From positions 18,042,001-18,106,000 of the forward strand of contig NC_043009.1 in NCBI RefSeq assembly GCF_006345805.1: a stretch of DNA of 64,000 nucleotides, written 5' to 3'. Numbering within the stretch: position 1 is the first letter of the stretch; each line of letters opens with the position of its first letter. The notes under the pieces are model-generated. The model ran no database searches. It saw only the letters and a list, made by a program, of their open reading frames with translations, and was not told the DNA's origin. Positions 63,992-64,000 of the stretch are shown one piece after another. The translations under genes were made by a program, and so were the position numbers. Source of the DNA: Octopus sinensis (lineage: Eukaryota).

Positions 63992-64000
63992 TATATATAT

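Overview
This is AT-rich, microsatellite-dense eukaryotic DNA, almost certainly from an octopus. That call is an inference from the two dominant tRNA-like SINE families, the RTE LINEs and the (TA)n/(CATA)n load. There is one 100-N scaffold gap. Most of the window is decayed mobile DNA: RTE, CR1/Jockey-like and RLE-type LINE fragments, mariner/Tc1 and Merlin remnants, Helitron-like and MITE-like elements, and about 20 SINE pieces. No host protein-coding gene can be called with confidence; only weak candidate exons are visible. Nearly all long ORFs in the supplied track are microsatellite artefacts. The main signal is a dense set of Penelope-like element (PLE) pieces whose terminal repeats (pLTRs) carry minimal type I hammerhead ribozyme motifs, about 12 read by eye. 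Several sit in inverted or foldback pairs, and they show covarying palindromic stem III sequences, a signature of dimer cleavage. A family-level core variant (CUGUYGA) recurs, and a 1810-bp tandem PLE duplication is punctuated by these motifs. A structured RTE 5' UTR with a possible HDV-like fold is also present. All RNA folds were done by hand and none was tested computationally or experimentally.
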